DNA of 64,000 nt from Alphaproteobacteria bacterium (GTDB taxonomy: Bacteria; Pseudomonadota; Alphaproteobacteria; Paracaedibacterales; CAITNM01), in contig CANJXJ010000001.1 of NCBI GenBank assembly GCA_947478955.1, positions 53,746 through 117,745 of the forward strand, written 5' to 3'. This document shows, one piece after another, positions 20,693 through 30,822 of this stretch (positions within the stretch are counted from its first letter, which is position 1; every line of letters starts with the position of its first letter). A model generated the notes under the pieces. The model ran no database searches. It worked only from the letters and a program-made list of their open reading frames with translations, and was not told where the DNA came from. A program made the position numbers and the translations under genes.

Positions 20693-20843
20693 ATATTGCT
20701 TGAAGCTCATTTTGCAACCAATTGAACTCACCTTTAGAGGCGCCATAAGCTTTTGCAAGAAAGAGCGTAAAACTTAACTGAATATTAGTTGACTTTTTTC
20801 CAAGCTTAGCTAGCCTTATATAAATTTTTCCAAGATCAATAAC

Positions 20844-22259
20844 ATGCAAACTTTCTTTGATTTTTTAAAGCACCACCAAGTAGAATTTGTTGATTTTAGG
20901 TTTACCGATTTACGCGGAACCTGGCACCACACCACCTATCCAACCAGTGCGGTTGATGATGATTTATGTACTCATGGTTTGCTTTTTGATGGTTCGTCAA
21001 TTGCAGGCTGGTGTGCGATTAATCAATCGGACATGCTTTTAAAGCCAGATTTTGGCCCCGAGCTGTGCAATGTTCGACTTGATCCTTTTTCATCTTATCC
21101 TACCGCGATTGTTATTTGTGATGTTTATCACCCCTTATCAGGCGAGCCATATGCTAAAGACCCGCGTCAAGTCGCTAAGAAATGTATAAAGTATCTCCAA
21201 AGCACTGGGCTAGCAGATCAAGCTTTTTTTGGTCCAGAGGCTGAGTTCTTTATTTTTGACGGGGTATCGTTTCAAGCTCGCCCTGAAAAAACATCTTATG
21301 AAATTTATTCCGATGAATTTCCCAGCCAAAATGGGGCAGCACTTGGGCACACTAGCCAAAACCATGGGTGTCGTCCTAGCCCTAAGGGAGGGTATTTCCC
21401 TGTACAGCCCCTAGATTCTGCTCAAGACATTCGTTCTGAAATGCTATTAAAAATGGCCGAAATGGGTTTAAGGGTTGAAAAACATCACCACGAAGTTGCC
21501 CCTGCTCAACATGAACTAGGTGTCGTTTATAATACCCTTGTTAAGGGTGCCGATGAATTACAAGTTTATAAATACGTAGTGCGAAATGTTGCCCGGTTGT
21601 ATGGTAAAACCGCTACTTTTATGCCAAAGCCAGTATTTGGTGATAATGGATCAGGTATGCATGTACACCAAAGCTTGTGGAAAAATTCTGAGCCTTTATT
21701 TAGTGGCAAAGAATATGCTGGGCTTTCTGACACCGCATTGTTTTATATTGGCGGCATTTTAAAGCATGCAAAAAGTTTGAATGCTTTTACCAATCCTACC
21801 ACCAATAGCTATAAACGACTTGTTCCAGGCTTTGAGGCTCCGGTGATTTGTGCTTACTCAGCACAAAATCGTTCTGCAGCTTGCCGTATTCCTCTTGTGC
21901 ACTCCCCTAAAGGTAAGCGCGTTGAAGTGCGTTTCCCAGATCCCTCTGCAAATCCTTATCTTGCTTTCTCAGCTATGTTACTGGCTGGAATTGATGGTAT
22001 ACAAAACCGTATTCATCCCGGCGATGCTCAAGATGTTGATTTGTTTGAACACAAAGAAATTGCCAAAAAGCTTCCAACTGTAAGCGGTTGTCTCAGGGAA
22101 TCATTACAGGCTCTAGAAAATGACCATGAGTACCTAACCAAATCAGGAGTGTTTTCTAAAGAACTTATTGATTCTCATTTGGAAATGAAATGGCAAGAAT
22201 TCTATCGGTTTGCCCATCATCCCCATCCCCTAGAGTTTGAGCTATATTACAATACGTAA
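20844..22259 (+). CDS. glnA: Glutamine synthetase type I
   Basis: 471 aa. Blocks: VEFVDFRFTDLRG, FDGSSIAGW, FGPEAEFFIFD, HHHEVAPAQHE, KPVFGDNGSGMHVHQSLW, NSYKRLVPGFEAPV, RVEVRFPDPSANPYL. Confidence 0.95.
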   Translation: MQTFFDFLKHHQVEFVDFRFTDLRGTWHHTTYPTSAVDDDLCTHGLLFDGSSIAGWCAINQSDMLLKPDFGPELCNVRLDPFSSYPTAIVICDVYHPLSGEPYAKDPRQVAKKCIKYLQSTGLADQAFFGPEAEFFIFDGVSFQARPEKTSYEIYSDEFPSQNGAALGHTSQNHGCRPSPKGGYFPVQPLDSAQDIRSEMLLKMAEMGLRVEKHHHEVAPAQHELGVVYNTLVKGADELQVYKYVVRNVARLYGKTATFMPKPVFGDNGSGMHVHQSLWKNSEPLFSGKEYAGLSDTALFYIGGILKHAKSLNAFTNPTTNSYKRLVPGFEAPVICAYSAQNRSAACRIPLVHSPKGKRVEVRFPDPSANPYLAFSAMLLAGIDGIQNRIHPGDAQDVDLFEHKEIAKKLPTVSGCLRESLQALENDHEYLTKSGVFSKELIDSHLEMKWQEFYRFAHHPHPLEFELYYNT

Positions 22260-22278
22260 AGTTTTTTGGTGGCATTAA

Positions 22279-22875
22279 ATGAATCGCATTTTAATAGATT
22301 TACCAGAAACGATTGAAACACCCAGGCTAAAGCTGCAAATGCCAAAGGCTGGGTTTGGTCAACTGTTACATCAAGCCATTCTTGATGGATATGACGCTTA
22401 CGTTATGCGGCTTAATTGGCCTTCAACTCTGCCAACTGTAGAGTCGGTTGAGGAAGATTGCCGAAAGCATCATGCTGAATTTCTTTTACGCGACTGTATT
22501 CGCTATATTATTATAGACAAAGCAACGAGTAACGTTGTTGGAAGATGCGCTTTTCTGCCTATTCAAGCTAATTGGCTAATACCGCAATTTGGAATTTCTT
22601 ATTTCATTAGAAAAAGCCAAAGGTCAAACGGCTATGCTACCGAGGCAACCCATGCGATGGCTCTGCTTGCTTTTAAAAATTTAAAAGCTCGAAAACTTGA
22701 AATTTACTGTGAGGCTGAAAATATCGCCAGTGCCAAGGTTCCATTAAAGCTCAATTTCAAACTTGAATACACTCAAAAAGGCGGCTGGCCAAGAGCAGAT
22801 GGAGAGCTTGCCACCCTTCAGACCTATTCCCTTTTTTCTATAGATGACCTTCCTGCCGTAGAAATTAAATGGTAA
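22279..22875 (+). CDS. GNAT-family N-acetyltransferase (RimJ/RimL-like)
   Basis: 198 aa. N-terminal TPRLKLQMP. An acetyl-CoA pocket-like block RKSQRSNGYATEA. Specificity cannot be read. Confidence 0.55.
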   Translation: MNRILIDLPETIETPRLKLQMPKAGFGQLLHQAILDGYDAYVMRLNWPSTLPTVESVEEDCRKHHAEFLLRDCIRYIIIDKATSNVVGRCAFLPIQANWLIPQFGISYFIRKSQRSNGYATEATHAMALLAFKNLKARKLEIYCEAENIASAKVPLKLNFKLEYTQKGGWPRADGELATLQTYSLFSIDDLPAVEIKW

Positions 22876-22931
22876 GCATACGGATGCTCTAATCTTGTAA
22901 AGAAGCGCATTTGCATGATAATTCTGCTTAT

Positions 22932-23873
22932 TTAAGCAGCCGCAGGTGTCGTCAGGGATTGAGACGCCTTAGGCACAGACGAGGAATCTGACGCCATTGC
23001 TGGCGACTCTTTGCCCGAAGCGCTTGGTTGAGGTGCTTTAACAGGAACAGACGCAACTGTTGCCGTCTTTTTTCCTTGTATTTCATCTAAAGCTTGCTGT
23101 TGCTCAGCGGTTAATGGAATACTCTTTAAGCTTTTTACAATTCTTGCAACATCTGCTTCGTTACCCTTAGATTTTGCAAACTTTAAGCATATGAACTGAC
23201 AATCGACTTGATGTAGATCATCTAATTTTTCTTGTAATGCCGCATTGCAAACAATAGACGCATTTTCTAATTGGTTTTGTTTCTCCAAACAATATGCCAA
23301 ATGCACCATAGCTTTTGCAGCAATTGGATCAGTTTTGTAGGTCTGAATAATACGACTAAAACCAGCCATGGCTCCCTTATATTCCTTTTTATTATATAAC
23401 TCAAGGGCTAGCTCATACTGGGCCATAGCCTCTGATTTTTGTTCAGGTAAAATAGGAGCATTTTTTTGGGCAGCATTTGTTGCTGCTAATTCTGCCGGTG
23501 TAGGTACATGAGTTGTATCATAAGGACTTCCAAGCTTAGGGGTTACGCCAGCTTTTGCTAGCTCTTCTTGAATCATACGACGAAGTTTAGCATCTAAGCT
23601 CTCAGTACTATTGTTCGTTGTTGTCGCCAGGTTTTCCTGCACATTGCCCGTAGCTTTTTGTTCTAAAAGTTTATTTTGTTGCACAACCACGCTATCGATA
23701 TGTGACTGTAATGCTTTTACTAATTTCTCATCTTTTTTTAAAGAGGCCGTTTCTAATTGTTTCTGAAGAGTATCAATAATAATTTCATTTTGTTGAATTT
23801 CTTCATCGACATTAGAATAAAGCATACCAAGGCTAACACATACCAAAACAGTTAATTTTTTAAAAATAGTCAC
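22932..23873 (-). CDS. Exported coiled-coil/TPR protein (YbgF/CpoB-like)
   Basis: Signal-like N-terminus, then a coiled-coil region. TPR-like repeats follow ([41 protein letters not shown]). Ends in an Ala/Ser/Pro-rich tail. Confidence 0.45.
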   Translation of the reverse strand: MTIFKKLTVLVCVSLGMLYSNVDEEIQQNEIIIDTLQKQLETASLKKDEKLVKALQSHIDSVVVQQNKLLEQKATGNVQENLATTTNNSTESLDAKLRRMIQEELAKAGVTPKLGSPYDTTHVPTPAELAATNAAQKNAPILPEQKSEAMAQYELALELYNKKEYKGAMAGFSRIIQTYKTDPIAAKAMVHLAYCLEKQNQLENASIVCNAALQEKLDDLHQVDCQFICLKFAKSKGNEADVARIVKSLKSIPLTAEQQQALDEIQGKKTATVASVPVKAPQPSASGKESPAMASDSSSVPKASQSLTTPAAA

Positions 23874-23966
23874 TATAAAATCCTTTGCTTTGTGCAGAAA
23901 AACATTGCATTATTTTTTGTCTTGAGTATAGATATATATATTCTTTTTCGCGAAGGGAAGACATTT

Positions 23967-24191
23967 ATGAAAAAAGACATACATCCTAACTATCATACCA
24001 TTACAGTTAAAATGACTGATGGAACAACTTTTGAGACTAGAAGTACCTGGGGTAAAGAGGGCGATACCTTACAATTAGATATTGATCCGAAATCTCATCC
24101 GGCATGGACAGGTGGTGGTCATAGACTTATGGACACTGGTGGTCAGTTAAGTAAATTTAGCAAGCGTTTCCAAAATTTTGGATTAAACTGA
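23967..24191 (+). CDS. rpmE: 50S ribosomal protein L31
   Basis: [27 protein letters not shown]...HPAWTG is canonical L31. The ORF-track start at 23892 is an upstream extension. Confidence 0.93.
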   Translation: MKKDIHPNYHTITVKMTDGTTFETRSTWGKEGDTLQLDIDPKSHPAWTGGGHRLMDTGGQLSKFSKRFQNFGLN

Positions 24192-24200
24192 GGATTTTAG

Positions 24201-26357
24201 ATGGTATTTGCTGGGGCTAGCTTGAGCGTTGCTCCAGCACCTTCTTATCTTGAGGCGTTGAATTCTAAACAACAACAGGCGGTTCTTACATGTGAAGGCA
24301 CGTTGCTTATTTTAGCAGGTGCTGGAACTGGAAAGACCCGTGTGTTGACTACGCGCCTTGCTCATATCCTTGAGCAAAATTTATGCGGTTATCAAAACAT
24401 CTTAGCAGTAACATTCACCAACAAAGCTGCCCAAGAAATGCGGGAGCGTATCCAACATTTGTTGGGTCGTAGTGTTGATGGCATGTGGCTTGGTACGTTC
24501 CACTCACTTTGCATGCGTATATTGCGCAAAAATGCAGAAGTGCTGGGGTATAGTCCAAATTTTACGGTGATCGATTCCGATGATCAATTACGTTTAATTA
24601 AGCAATTGTTAAAAGCTGAAAACATTGATGATAAGCAAGTGCCGCCTAAAATGGTGGCAGGTGTTATTAATCGGTGGAAAGACAAAGCAAAAACACCTGA
24701 TCGTGCAGGAAATCCCCAAGAATTAACTGTGCAGCTCTATCGCCAGTATCAAGAGCGTTTAAAAATTCTCAACGCTATGGATTTTGGGGATTTAATCCTC
24801 AATTGTTTAGTGTTGTTTCAGCAAAATCCAGAAGTCTTAAAAAGCTACCAGCAGCAATTTTGCTATATGCTGGTTGATGAGTATCAAGATACAAATGCGG
24901 CACAATATTTATGGTTACGTCTATTGGCTGATGGCTATGGAAATTTGTGTTGTGTAGGCGATGATGACCAATCCATTTATGGGTGGCGCGGCGCTGAAAT
25001 TGCTAACATTTTAAAATTTGAGAAAGACTATCCAAACGCTACCGTCATTCGCCTTGAACAAAATTACCGTTCGACGAACCACATATTAGGAGCAGCATCT
25101 GGGTTAATTGCGAATAATCGTGATCGTTTGGGTAAAGAGCTATGGACAGAAAAACAAGGCGGTGAGTCCGTTTTGATAAAAGGAAACTGGGATAGCGAAG
25201 GCGAAGCACGTTTTGTAATTGAAGAAGTTGAAGACTATCAGCGTAAGGGAAATAACCTAAGTTCTATGGCTATACTGGTTCGAGCTAGCTATCAAACGCG
25301 TGATTTTGAAGAGCGTTGTTTGAAAACTGGAACGCCATACCGTGTTGTGGGCGGTCTTCGATTTTATGAACGTCAAGAAATTAAAGATGCTCTAGCGTAC
25401 TTAAGAATATTGGTGCAACCAGATGATGGTCTAGCGTTTGAACGGATTATTAATGTACCAAAGCGTGGGATTGGGTCAACGGCTTTGCAAAACATGCATG
25501 TGATTGCTAGAGAGCAAAATATTTCCCTTCCACGAGCTGCACTGCAGTATGCAATGAATGATACTAAGGGGAGTGGTAAAGCCAATTTGCGGCAATTTTT
25601 TGAGGACATGCAACGATGGCGCTGCATGCTTGATACTCAACCTCATGTCGATGTTGTTAAAACCGTGCTTGATGAATCAGGCTATACAGGAATGTGGTTG
25701 GAAGAAAAATCACCAGATGCGGCAGGACGATTGGAAAACCTAAAAGAATTTGTACGCGCCATCGAAGAATTTGAATTTCTGCCTGGATTCTTAGATCATG
25801 TAAGCTTGGTAACTGATAATAACAATCAATCCGCGGGTGATTGCTTAAGCATTATGACTTTGCATGCGGCTAAAGGACTTGAATTTGATTTTGTATTTTT
25901 GCCAGGTTGGGAAGAAAATTTATTTCCGCATCCAAGGTGCCTTCAAGAAAGTGGCCAATCAGGATTAGAAGAAGAGCGTCGATTAGGGTATGTGGGCATT
26001 AGCCGGGCTAAAATTAAGGCGACAATTTCCTATGCATTGCGTCGTCGTACATCTTATCAAGGTTGGCAGGTAGGTTTACCTTCAAGGTTCTTGAGTGAAT
26101 TACCTGCAGCGCATGTACGACATGTTCAAGCGAATGGTGGAGAATCAAGACAATTTGGGAATAGCCCTGAATCATTTCGCCGACCTGCTAGTTTTACTGA
26201 ATACCAAGCCCAGCACTTCGTTATAGGCGACCGAGTATTCCACCAGAAATTTGGTTACGGCGATGTAATTGACACAGAAGGTGATCAAACAATTGTTGAA
26301 TTTGACTTAGCAGAAGAAAAACGTATCCATAGTAGTTTTTTAAAAAAGCAATCCTAA
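24201..26357 (+). CDS. uvrD: UvrD/Rep/PcrA-family DNA helicase II
   Basis: Walker A AGAGTGKT. Other blocks: AVTFTNKAA.EM, DEYQDTN, GDDDQSIYGWRGA, QNYRST, TLHAAKGLEF, RRLGYVGISRAK. Confidence 0.9.
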   Translation: MVFAGASLSVAPAPSYLEALNSKQQQAVLTCEGTLLILAGAGTGKTRVLTTRLAHILEQNLCGYQNILAVTFTNKAAQEMRERIQHLLGRSVDGMWLGTFHSLCMRILRKNAEVLGYSPNFTVIDSDDQLRLIKQLLKAENIDDKQVPPKMVAGVINRWKDKAKTPDRAGNPQELTVQLYRQYQERLKILNAMDFGDLILNCLVLFQQNPEVLKSYQQQFCYMLVDEYQDTNAAQYLWLRLLADGYGNLCCVGDDDQSIYGWRGAEIANILKFEKDYPNATVIRLEQNYRSTNHILGAASGLIANNRDRLGKELWTEKQGGESVLIKGNWDSEGEARFVIEEVEDYQRKGNNLSSMAILVRASYQTRDFEERCLKTGTPYRVVGGLRFYERQEIKDALAYLRILVQPDDGLAFERIINVPKRGIGSTALQNMHVIAREQNISLPRAALQYAMNDTKGSGKANLRQFFEDMQRWRCMLDTQPHVDVVKTVLDESGYTGMWLEEKSPDAAGRLENLKEFVRAIEEFEFLPGFLDHVSLVTDNNNQSAGDCLSIMTLHAAKGLEFDFVFLPGWEENLFPHPRCLQESGQSGLEEERRLGYVGISRAKIKATISYALRRRTSYQGWQVGLPSRFLSELPAAHVRHVQANGGESRQFGNSPESFRRPASFTEYQAQHFVIGDRVFHQKFGYGDVIDTEGDQTIVEFDLAEEKRIHSSFLKKQS

Positions 26358-26364
26358 AAAATTT

Positions 26365-27303
26365 ATGAAACGGATATTTCAAAGTATTTTTGTTATTGTT
26401 GTTTGCGCAATATGTTTTGCATATTATGCGTGTCATCCCACCCATTTACCAAGCCAAGATTCAACATATCAACAATTTTTGCGCTATGTTCATTATGTAT
26501 ATTTAAAAATAAAACATGATCCTTTTTGTAATTTGCATATTCCCAAAAGTAACATTCCAATTGATGTGGTGATTCCTGTTATTGAAAAAGACGCCCAAAC
26601 TTTGGGACTTACCATTGATTCGGTGCGCGGCAATATTTTGCAGCCTATTACCAATATCTATCTGATTGCACCAGAGTCAGCACTGCTACGACAAATTGCC
26701 CATGAGAAGAGCTGTATGTTTGTGTTAGAAGACACAGTGTTGCCCGTATTTTTAAACAAGACCAACCGCCGTGGGTGGATCAAGCAACAATATTTAAAAC
26801 TTAATGCTGACACCGTTGGGACATGCGAACATTTTCTGGTTATTGACGCCGACACTATTCTTATTCGTCCCCAAGTTTTTGTAATATCTGGCAAGGAAAT
26901 TTTAAATATTTTGCATGATTACTGGTTTAAGCGAAAGCAAATGGTGAAAATAGCGTTGGGCTTTGATAAGTTTCACAATGTTGATTTCACTAGTCACCAT
27001 ATGATGCTTTGTAAAACAAAATTAAGAGCCTTGAAACAACATTTACAAAATGTGCATGGGTTACCATGGCAAGATGCGCTTGATGGCTTAAATACTCCAG
27101 AAGGTAGCTTTTCCGAATATGAATTGTATGGCAATTTTGTAGCGCAACGTTTTGAACCTGAAATTGAGCTTGTGTTGGGAAGTAATATGCTTTTTCCCCG
27201 TAATGGCGTTACAAATATAGGTTATGCGCGGGAATATTTAAGCTGCAAATACAAAAGCATGACGATGCACAGCTTTTTAACCATTGAAGGGATGACGGGG
27301 TAA
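26365..27303 (+). CDS. Membrane-anchored putative nucleotide-sugar glycosyltransferase (DUF6492-like), paralog 1
   Basis: N-terminal TM. Blocks: IDVVIPVIEKD, KQQYLKLNADT, FLVIDADT (DxD-like), LPWQD. Clearly homologous to the next gene along its full length. Confidence 0.45.
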   Translation: MKRIFQSIFVIVVCAICFAYYACHPTHLPSQDSTYQQFLRYVHYVYLKIKHDPFCNLHIPKSNIPIDVVIPVIEKDAQTLGLTIDSVRGNILQPITNIYLIAPESALLRQIAHEKSCMFVLEDTVLPVFLNKTNRRGWIKQQYLKLNADTVGTCEHFLVIDADTILIRPQVFVISGKEILNILHDYWFKRKQMVKIALGFDKFHNVDFTSHHMMLCKTKLRALKQHLQNVHGLPWQDALDGLNTPEGSFSEYELYGNFVAQRFEPEIELVLGSNMLFPRNGVTNIGYAREYLSCKYKSMTMHSFLTIEGMTG

Positions 27304-27310
27304 CCACTTT

Positions 27311-28240
27311 ATGAAGCGCTTTTTGGCTTTGTTGTCACTAATAATTTCCTTATCAATTTTAAGTATGTGGGGCATCACAGCACCTGAAACATTGCCAAAA
27401 AAAGATACCACATGGCACGCTTACAAAAGAAAGCTTTTTATGAAGTTTTTGTCCCTTAAAAGAGATAGGTATTCTAATAACCATGTTCCTTTATGTAAGC
27501 ATAAAATTGATGTTGTCTTCTTGTGCATTGAAAAAGATCTACCAACCATTCGTCATGCGATTGATGCAGTAAAAGGGTTGGTGATGCATCCTATTAACAA
27601 GATTTATTTGATTTGTCCCAATTCTGAAAAGCTGCGAGCAGTTGCACAAGAAAAAGGCTGTGAGTTTGTAGAAGAAACTAAAATTATGCCTCATCTTGCG
27701 GGGGCTAGTCCAAGACATCTAAAGCAACAACTTATAAAACTTAATGCAGATACAATCACCACTGCCGATTACTTTTTGGTGATGGATGCCGATACAGTTT
27801 TGCTGCAAACCCAAATATTTCTTCGAGAAGGTAAGGCTGTGTTAAATGCCTTTGGTGAGTATGTGTTAGGCAGCAAGGTTACGGTTGAATCAGCATTGAA
27901 ACTTGAAAAGTATTACAATCTTGATTTTAATAGCCATCATATGTTTTTTGAAAAATCAAAACTTAAAGCCATGAAAGATAGATTAGAGAAATTACACGGG
28001 CTTCCATGGCAGGATGTTTTAAATACCTCAGAAATTGCAAGTGAGGCCTTTTCAGGATATGAAATGTATGCGAACTTTATACTAGCATTTTTCCCTAATG
28101 AAGCAGTGATTGTACATGGTAAAAACTCACAGATGCCTGCAGATCGAATTTCTGGAATCGAGTGGCAACGCGGGTTCTTGTCAAAAGGTTACAAAAGCCT
28201 TTCATTTCATCACTCTATGACAACCGAGAACTATAGCTAA
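27311..28240 (+). CDS. Membrane-anchored putative nucleotide-sugar glycosyltransferase (DUF6492-like), paralog 2
   Basis: N-terminal TM. Blocks: IDVVFLCIEKD, KQQLIKLNADT, FLVMDADT, HGLPWQD. Collinear with paralog 1, with roughly one third of residues identical by eye. Confidence 0.45.
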   Translation: MKRFLALLSLIISLSILSMWGITAPETLPKKDTTWHAYKRKLFMKFLSLKRDRYSNNHVPLCKHKIDVVFLCIEKDLPTIRHAIDAVKGLVMHPINKIYLICPNSEKLRAVAQEKGCEFVEETKIMPHLAGASPRHLKQQLIKLNADTITTADYFLVMDADTVLLQTQIFLREGKAVLNAFGEYVLGSKVTVESALKLEKYYNLDFNSHHMFFEKSKLKAMKDRLEKLHGLPWQDVLNTSEIASEAFSGYEMYANFILAFFPNEAVIVHGKNSQMPADRISGIEWQRGFLSKGYKSLSFHHSMTTENYS

Positions 28241-28243
28241 ATA

Positions 28244-29332
28244 ATGTTGCAATTTTTGTGTATTCATATCCTAGGCGATTTTAAGGCTTTTAACCTTCTG
28301 CGTTATATTACTTTTCGCACGATGGGAGCGATTTTAACGGCACTAATTATTAGTTTTTGCCTAGGAAAACCTATTATTTCTTGGCTTAAATCAAAGCAAA
28401 AACAAGGTCAACCAATTCGTAGTGATGGACCAGAGTCACACTTAGTAACCAAAAAAGGAACGCCAACTATGGGAGGCTGCCTAATTTTACTGGCAGTTTC
28501 TATAAGTACGTTGCTTTGGGGAGATTTGGCAAATCCCTTTTTGTGGATTGTGCTGCTTGTAACTTTAGGATTTGGTGCATTGGGTGCCATGGATGATTAT
28601 AAAAAACTGACTCGAAATTCCCATCATGGTATTTCAGGAAAAACAAAACTTTTAGGACAAACTATATTGGCAATGAGTGCCGCTTATGCCTCAGCCTACT
28701 ATACCGATATAAGCCTTGCCCATAGTTTAACCGTTCCATTTTTCAAAGACGTGATTATTAACTTGAGTTGGTTTTTCTATCCATGGGCTGTGCTAGTTAT
28801 CGTAGGCTCATCAAACGCAGTTAACTTAACAGATGGATTGGATGGCTTGGCAATTGTTCCGGTAATGATTTGTTCTGTGTGCTTTACAATTATCGCGTAT
28901 CTTGTGGGGAACCATGTTTTTTCCCATTATCTGCAGCTGCACTATGTGGCAAATGTGGGTGAAATTGGAATCTTCCTTGGCAGTATTATTGGGGCAGGTT
29001 TGGGCTTTTTATGGTTTAATGCACCCCCTGCAAAAGTATTTATGGGAGATACGGGGTCACTTGCTGCCGGAGGAGCACTAGGGACTATTGCTCTGATTAC
29101 AAAACACGAATTAGTGCTGTGCATTATTGGCGGTTTGTTTGTGCTTGAAGCGGTATCAGTCATTTTGCAAGTTGGATATTATAAGCTTACGAAAAAACGT
29201 ATTTTCCTTATGGCGCCGATTCACCACCATTTTGAAAAATTAGGATGGGCCGAATCTACGGTGGTGATTCGCTTTTGGATTATTGCATCGATTCTGGCCC
29301 TGGTTGGTCTTGCTACCTTGAAAATTAGATAA
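28244..29332 (+). CDS. mraY: Phospho-N-acetylmuramoyl-pentapeptide transferase
   Basis: 362 aa. Blocks: [65 protein letters not shown]. Confidence 0.94.
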   Translation: MLQFLCIHILGDFKAFNLLRYITFRTMGAILTALIISFCLGKPIISWLKSKQKQGQPIRSDGPESHLVTKKGTPTMGGCLILLAVSISTLLWGDLANPFLWIVLLVTLGFGALGAMDDYKKLTRNSHHGISGKTKLLGQTILAMSAAYASAYYTDISLAHSLTVPFFKDVIINLSWFFYPWAVLVIVGSSNAVNLTDGLDGLAIVPVMICSVCFTIIAYLVGNHVFSHYLQLHYVANVGEIGIFLGSIIGAGLGFLWFNAPPAKVFMGDTGSLAAGGALGTIALITKHELVLCIIGGLFVLEAVSVILQVGYYKLTKKRIFLMAPIHHHFEKLGWAESTVVIRFWIIASILALVGLATLKIR

Positions 29333-30015
29333 TGTTAATTTCTCTAAAGGCTGCAGGTTATACCCTTGAGTCACCCCCTAAAACCTTATTGCATGATATT
29401 AATTTTGATGTTTTGCCTAATAGTGTTACAACGATTATTGGCCCAAATGGTGCAGGCAAAACTACTCTTGTGCGGTTGCTTTTAGGGCTAATTCAACCGA
29501 CAGCAGGAACGGTTACCCGGCAAAGACACATAACAATGGGATATGTCCCGCAAAAACTTCACGCTAATCGGTTTATGCCCATGACGGTAAGTACATTTCT
29601 AAGCTTATGCGGGGACCAAAAACTTGAGCATCCGTTTGATATTTCTCATTTAATGACCAGATCAATTCATGCATTGTCAGGGGGGGAATTACAAAAAGTA
29701 CTTTTCAATGCAGCTGTGCTGAAAAAGCCTGATTTATTAATTCTTGATGAGCCGACCCAAGGGATTGATGCGGACGGACAATCGGCATTTTACCGAAAAT
29801 TAATCGAGCTGAAGAACAAATACAACATGGCGATTGTGCTGATTTCCCATGATCTCCATTTTGTATTTGATTGCACTGATCATGTGATTTGTTTAAACCA
29901 CCATGTGTGTTGCCAAGGTACACCTGAAAAAGTGCGGCAAATTCAAGAAGTGCAACAGCTGTTTCCGGGCTTCGCACCCTATCAACATCATCATGATCAC
30001 CACCACCATGATTGA
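29332..30015 (+). CDS. znuC: Zinc ABC transporter ATP-binding protein
   Basis: Walker A GPNGAGKTT, signature LSGGELQKV, Walker B LLILDEP, His-rich tail HHHDHHHHD. The start overlaps the mraY stop (TAATG). Confidence 0.75.
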   Translation: MLISLKAAGYTLESPPKTLLHDINFDVLPNSVTTIIGPNGAGKTTLVRLLLGLIQPTAGTVTRQRHITMGYVPQKLHANRFMPMTVSTFLSLCGDQKLEHPFDISHLMTRSIHALSGGELQKVLFNAAVLKKPDLLILDEPTQGIDADGQSAFYRKLIELKNKYNMAIVLISHDLHFVFDCTDHVICLNHHVCCQGTPEKVRQIQEVQQLFPGFAPYQHHHDHHHHD

Positions 30016-30781
30016 TTCATTCGTCCTTTTTATTGTGGTATCAGCCCTGTTGGCGAGCCTCATTACCGCACCTCTTGGATGCATAGGCCTTTGGAATGGT
30101 TTGGCATTTTTTGGGGATACCTTGGCCCATGCATCGTTGCTAGGGGTATGTTTTAGTGTACTTTTACAAGTGCCCTATGCCTGTGGGGCGGTTGTCGTAT
30201 GCTTGGCGATAGCCTATTTCATTGCTCATAAATCCTCAAAGCAAAGCGATGTGTCGTTAGCGGTGATTTCCTATAGTTGCCTTTCGTTTAGTATGTTAGT
30301 GATATCGTTATTTCCAAAGGCTAATCTTGATCCAAATACGTTGTTGTTCGGTGATTTGCTAAGCACAAGCTCATCTGATGTTTTACTTCTTGCAATAGCC
30401 CTTGCAGTGCTATGGGGGGGAATTGCAAAATATTGGTCAGCGATTTTAATGACTAGCTTTGATGCCGACCTTGCACAAATCCAAGGATTTCCATCAAGAG
30501 CGATACGCCTGATGGTACTTTTTGCCTATGCAATCATTATAGGGATTGTAATGAAAATGCTGGGAGCATTGTTTGCACCAGCCCTTACAATTATTCCAGC
30601 TGCGGCTGCAAGATACCGTTCAAAAACTCCTTCTCAGATGATGACATCAGCTATAGTGATTAGTTGTTTTTCAAGCATTATAGGTATTGGCATAAGTTTG
30701 TATTTTGATCTACCTACGGGACCATCAATCATTTGCGTATCGGCAATTACAATGGCGCTTATAAAAATAAGCGCCAAGTAA
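30008..30781 (+). CDS. znuB: Zinc ABC transporter permease
   Basis: ABC-3 family permease (FFGDTLAHASLLG, LLFGDLLS). The ATG at 30008 overlaps the znuC stop (ATGATTGA). The ORF-track start at 29903 is an unlikely extension inside znuC. Confidence 0.72.
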   Translation: MIDSFVLFIVVSALLASLITAPLGCIGLWNGLAFFGDTLAHASLLGVCFSVLLQVPYACGAVVVCLAIAYFIAHKSSKQSDVSLAVISYSCLSFSMLVISLFPKANLDPNTLLFGDLLSTSSSDVLLLAIALAVLWGGIAKYWSAILMTSFDADLAQIQGFPSRAIRLMVLFAYAIIIGIVMKMLGALFAPALTIIPAAAARYRSKTPSQMMTSAIVISCFSSIIGIGISLYFDLPTGPSIICVSAITMALIKISAK

Positions 30782-30822
30782 TTTTGTAAGGCCTCTTTGG
30801 TTGAGGATCTAAGAAATAAATT

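Noticed and set aside
20789-20836. TTGACT followed by TATATA upstream of glnA, as a possible sigma-70 promoter. I also looked for a sigma-54 site, as in enteric glnA.
   Set aside because: The spacing between the hexamers is about 22-23 nt, which is too long. No TGGCAC-N5-TTGC element is present upstream of glnA. Support is not strong enough to annotate.
20601-20849. 82-aa minus-strand ORF spanning the gap between the DUF218-like gene and glnA.
   Set aside because: It overlaps the 3' end of one gene by 92 nt and the glnA start by 6 nt. It has no recognisable domain and no obvious RBS. It is probably a non-coding promoter region of glnA. A small regulator or antitoxin cannot be strictly excluded.
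23892-23966. 25-aa N-terminal extension of the L31 ORF.
   Set aside because: Canonical L31 begins MKKDIHPNY at 23967. The upstream part is hydrophobic and AT-rich and lies in the divergent promoter region.
29903-30007. N-terminal 35-aa extension of the znuB ORF.
   Set aside because: It lies entirely inside the znuC coding region. The ZnuB-like sequence begins at the ATG at 30008, which overlaps the znuC stop in a typical coupling arrangement.
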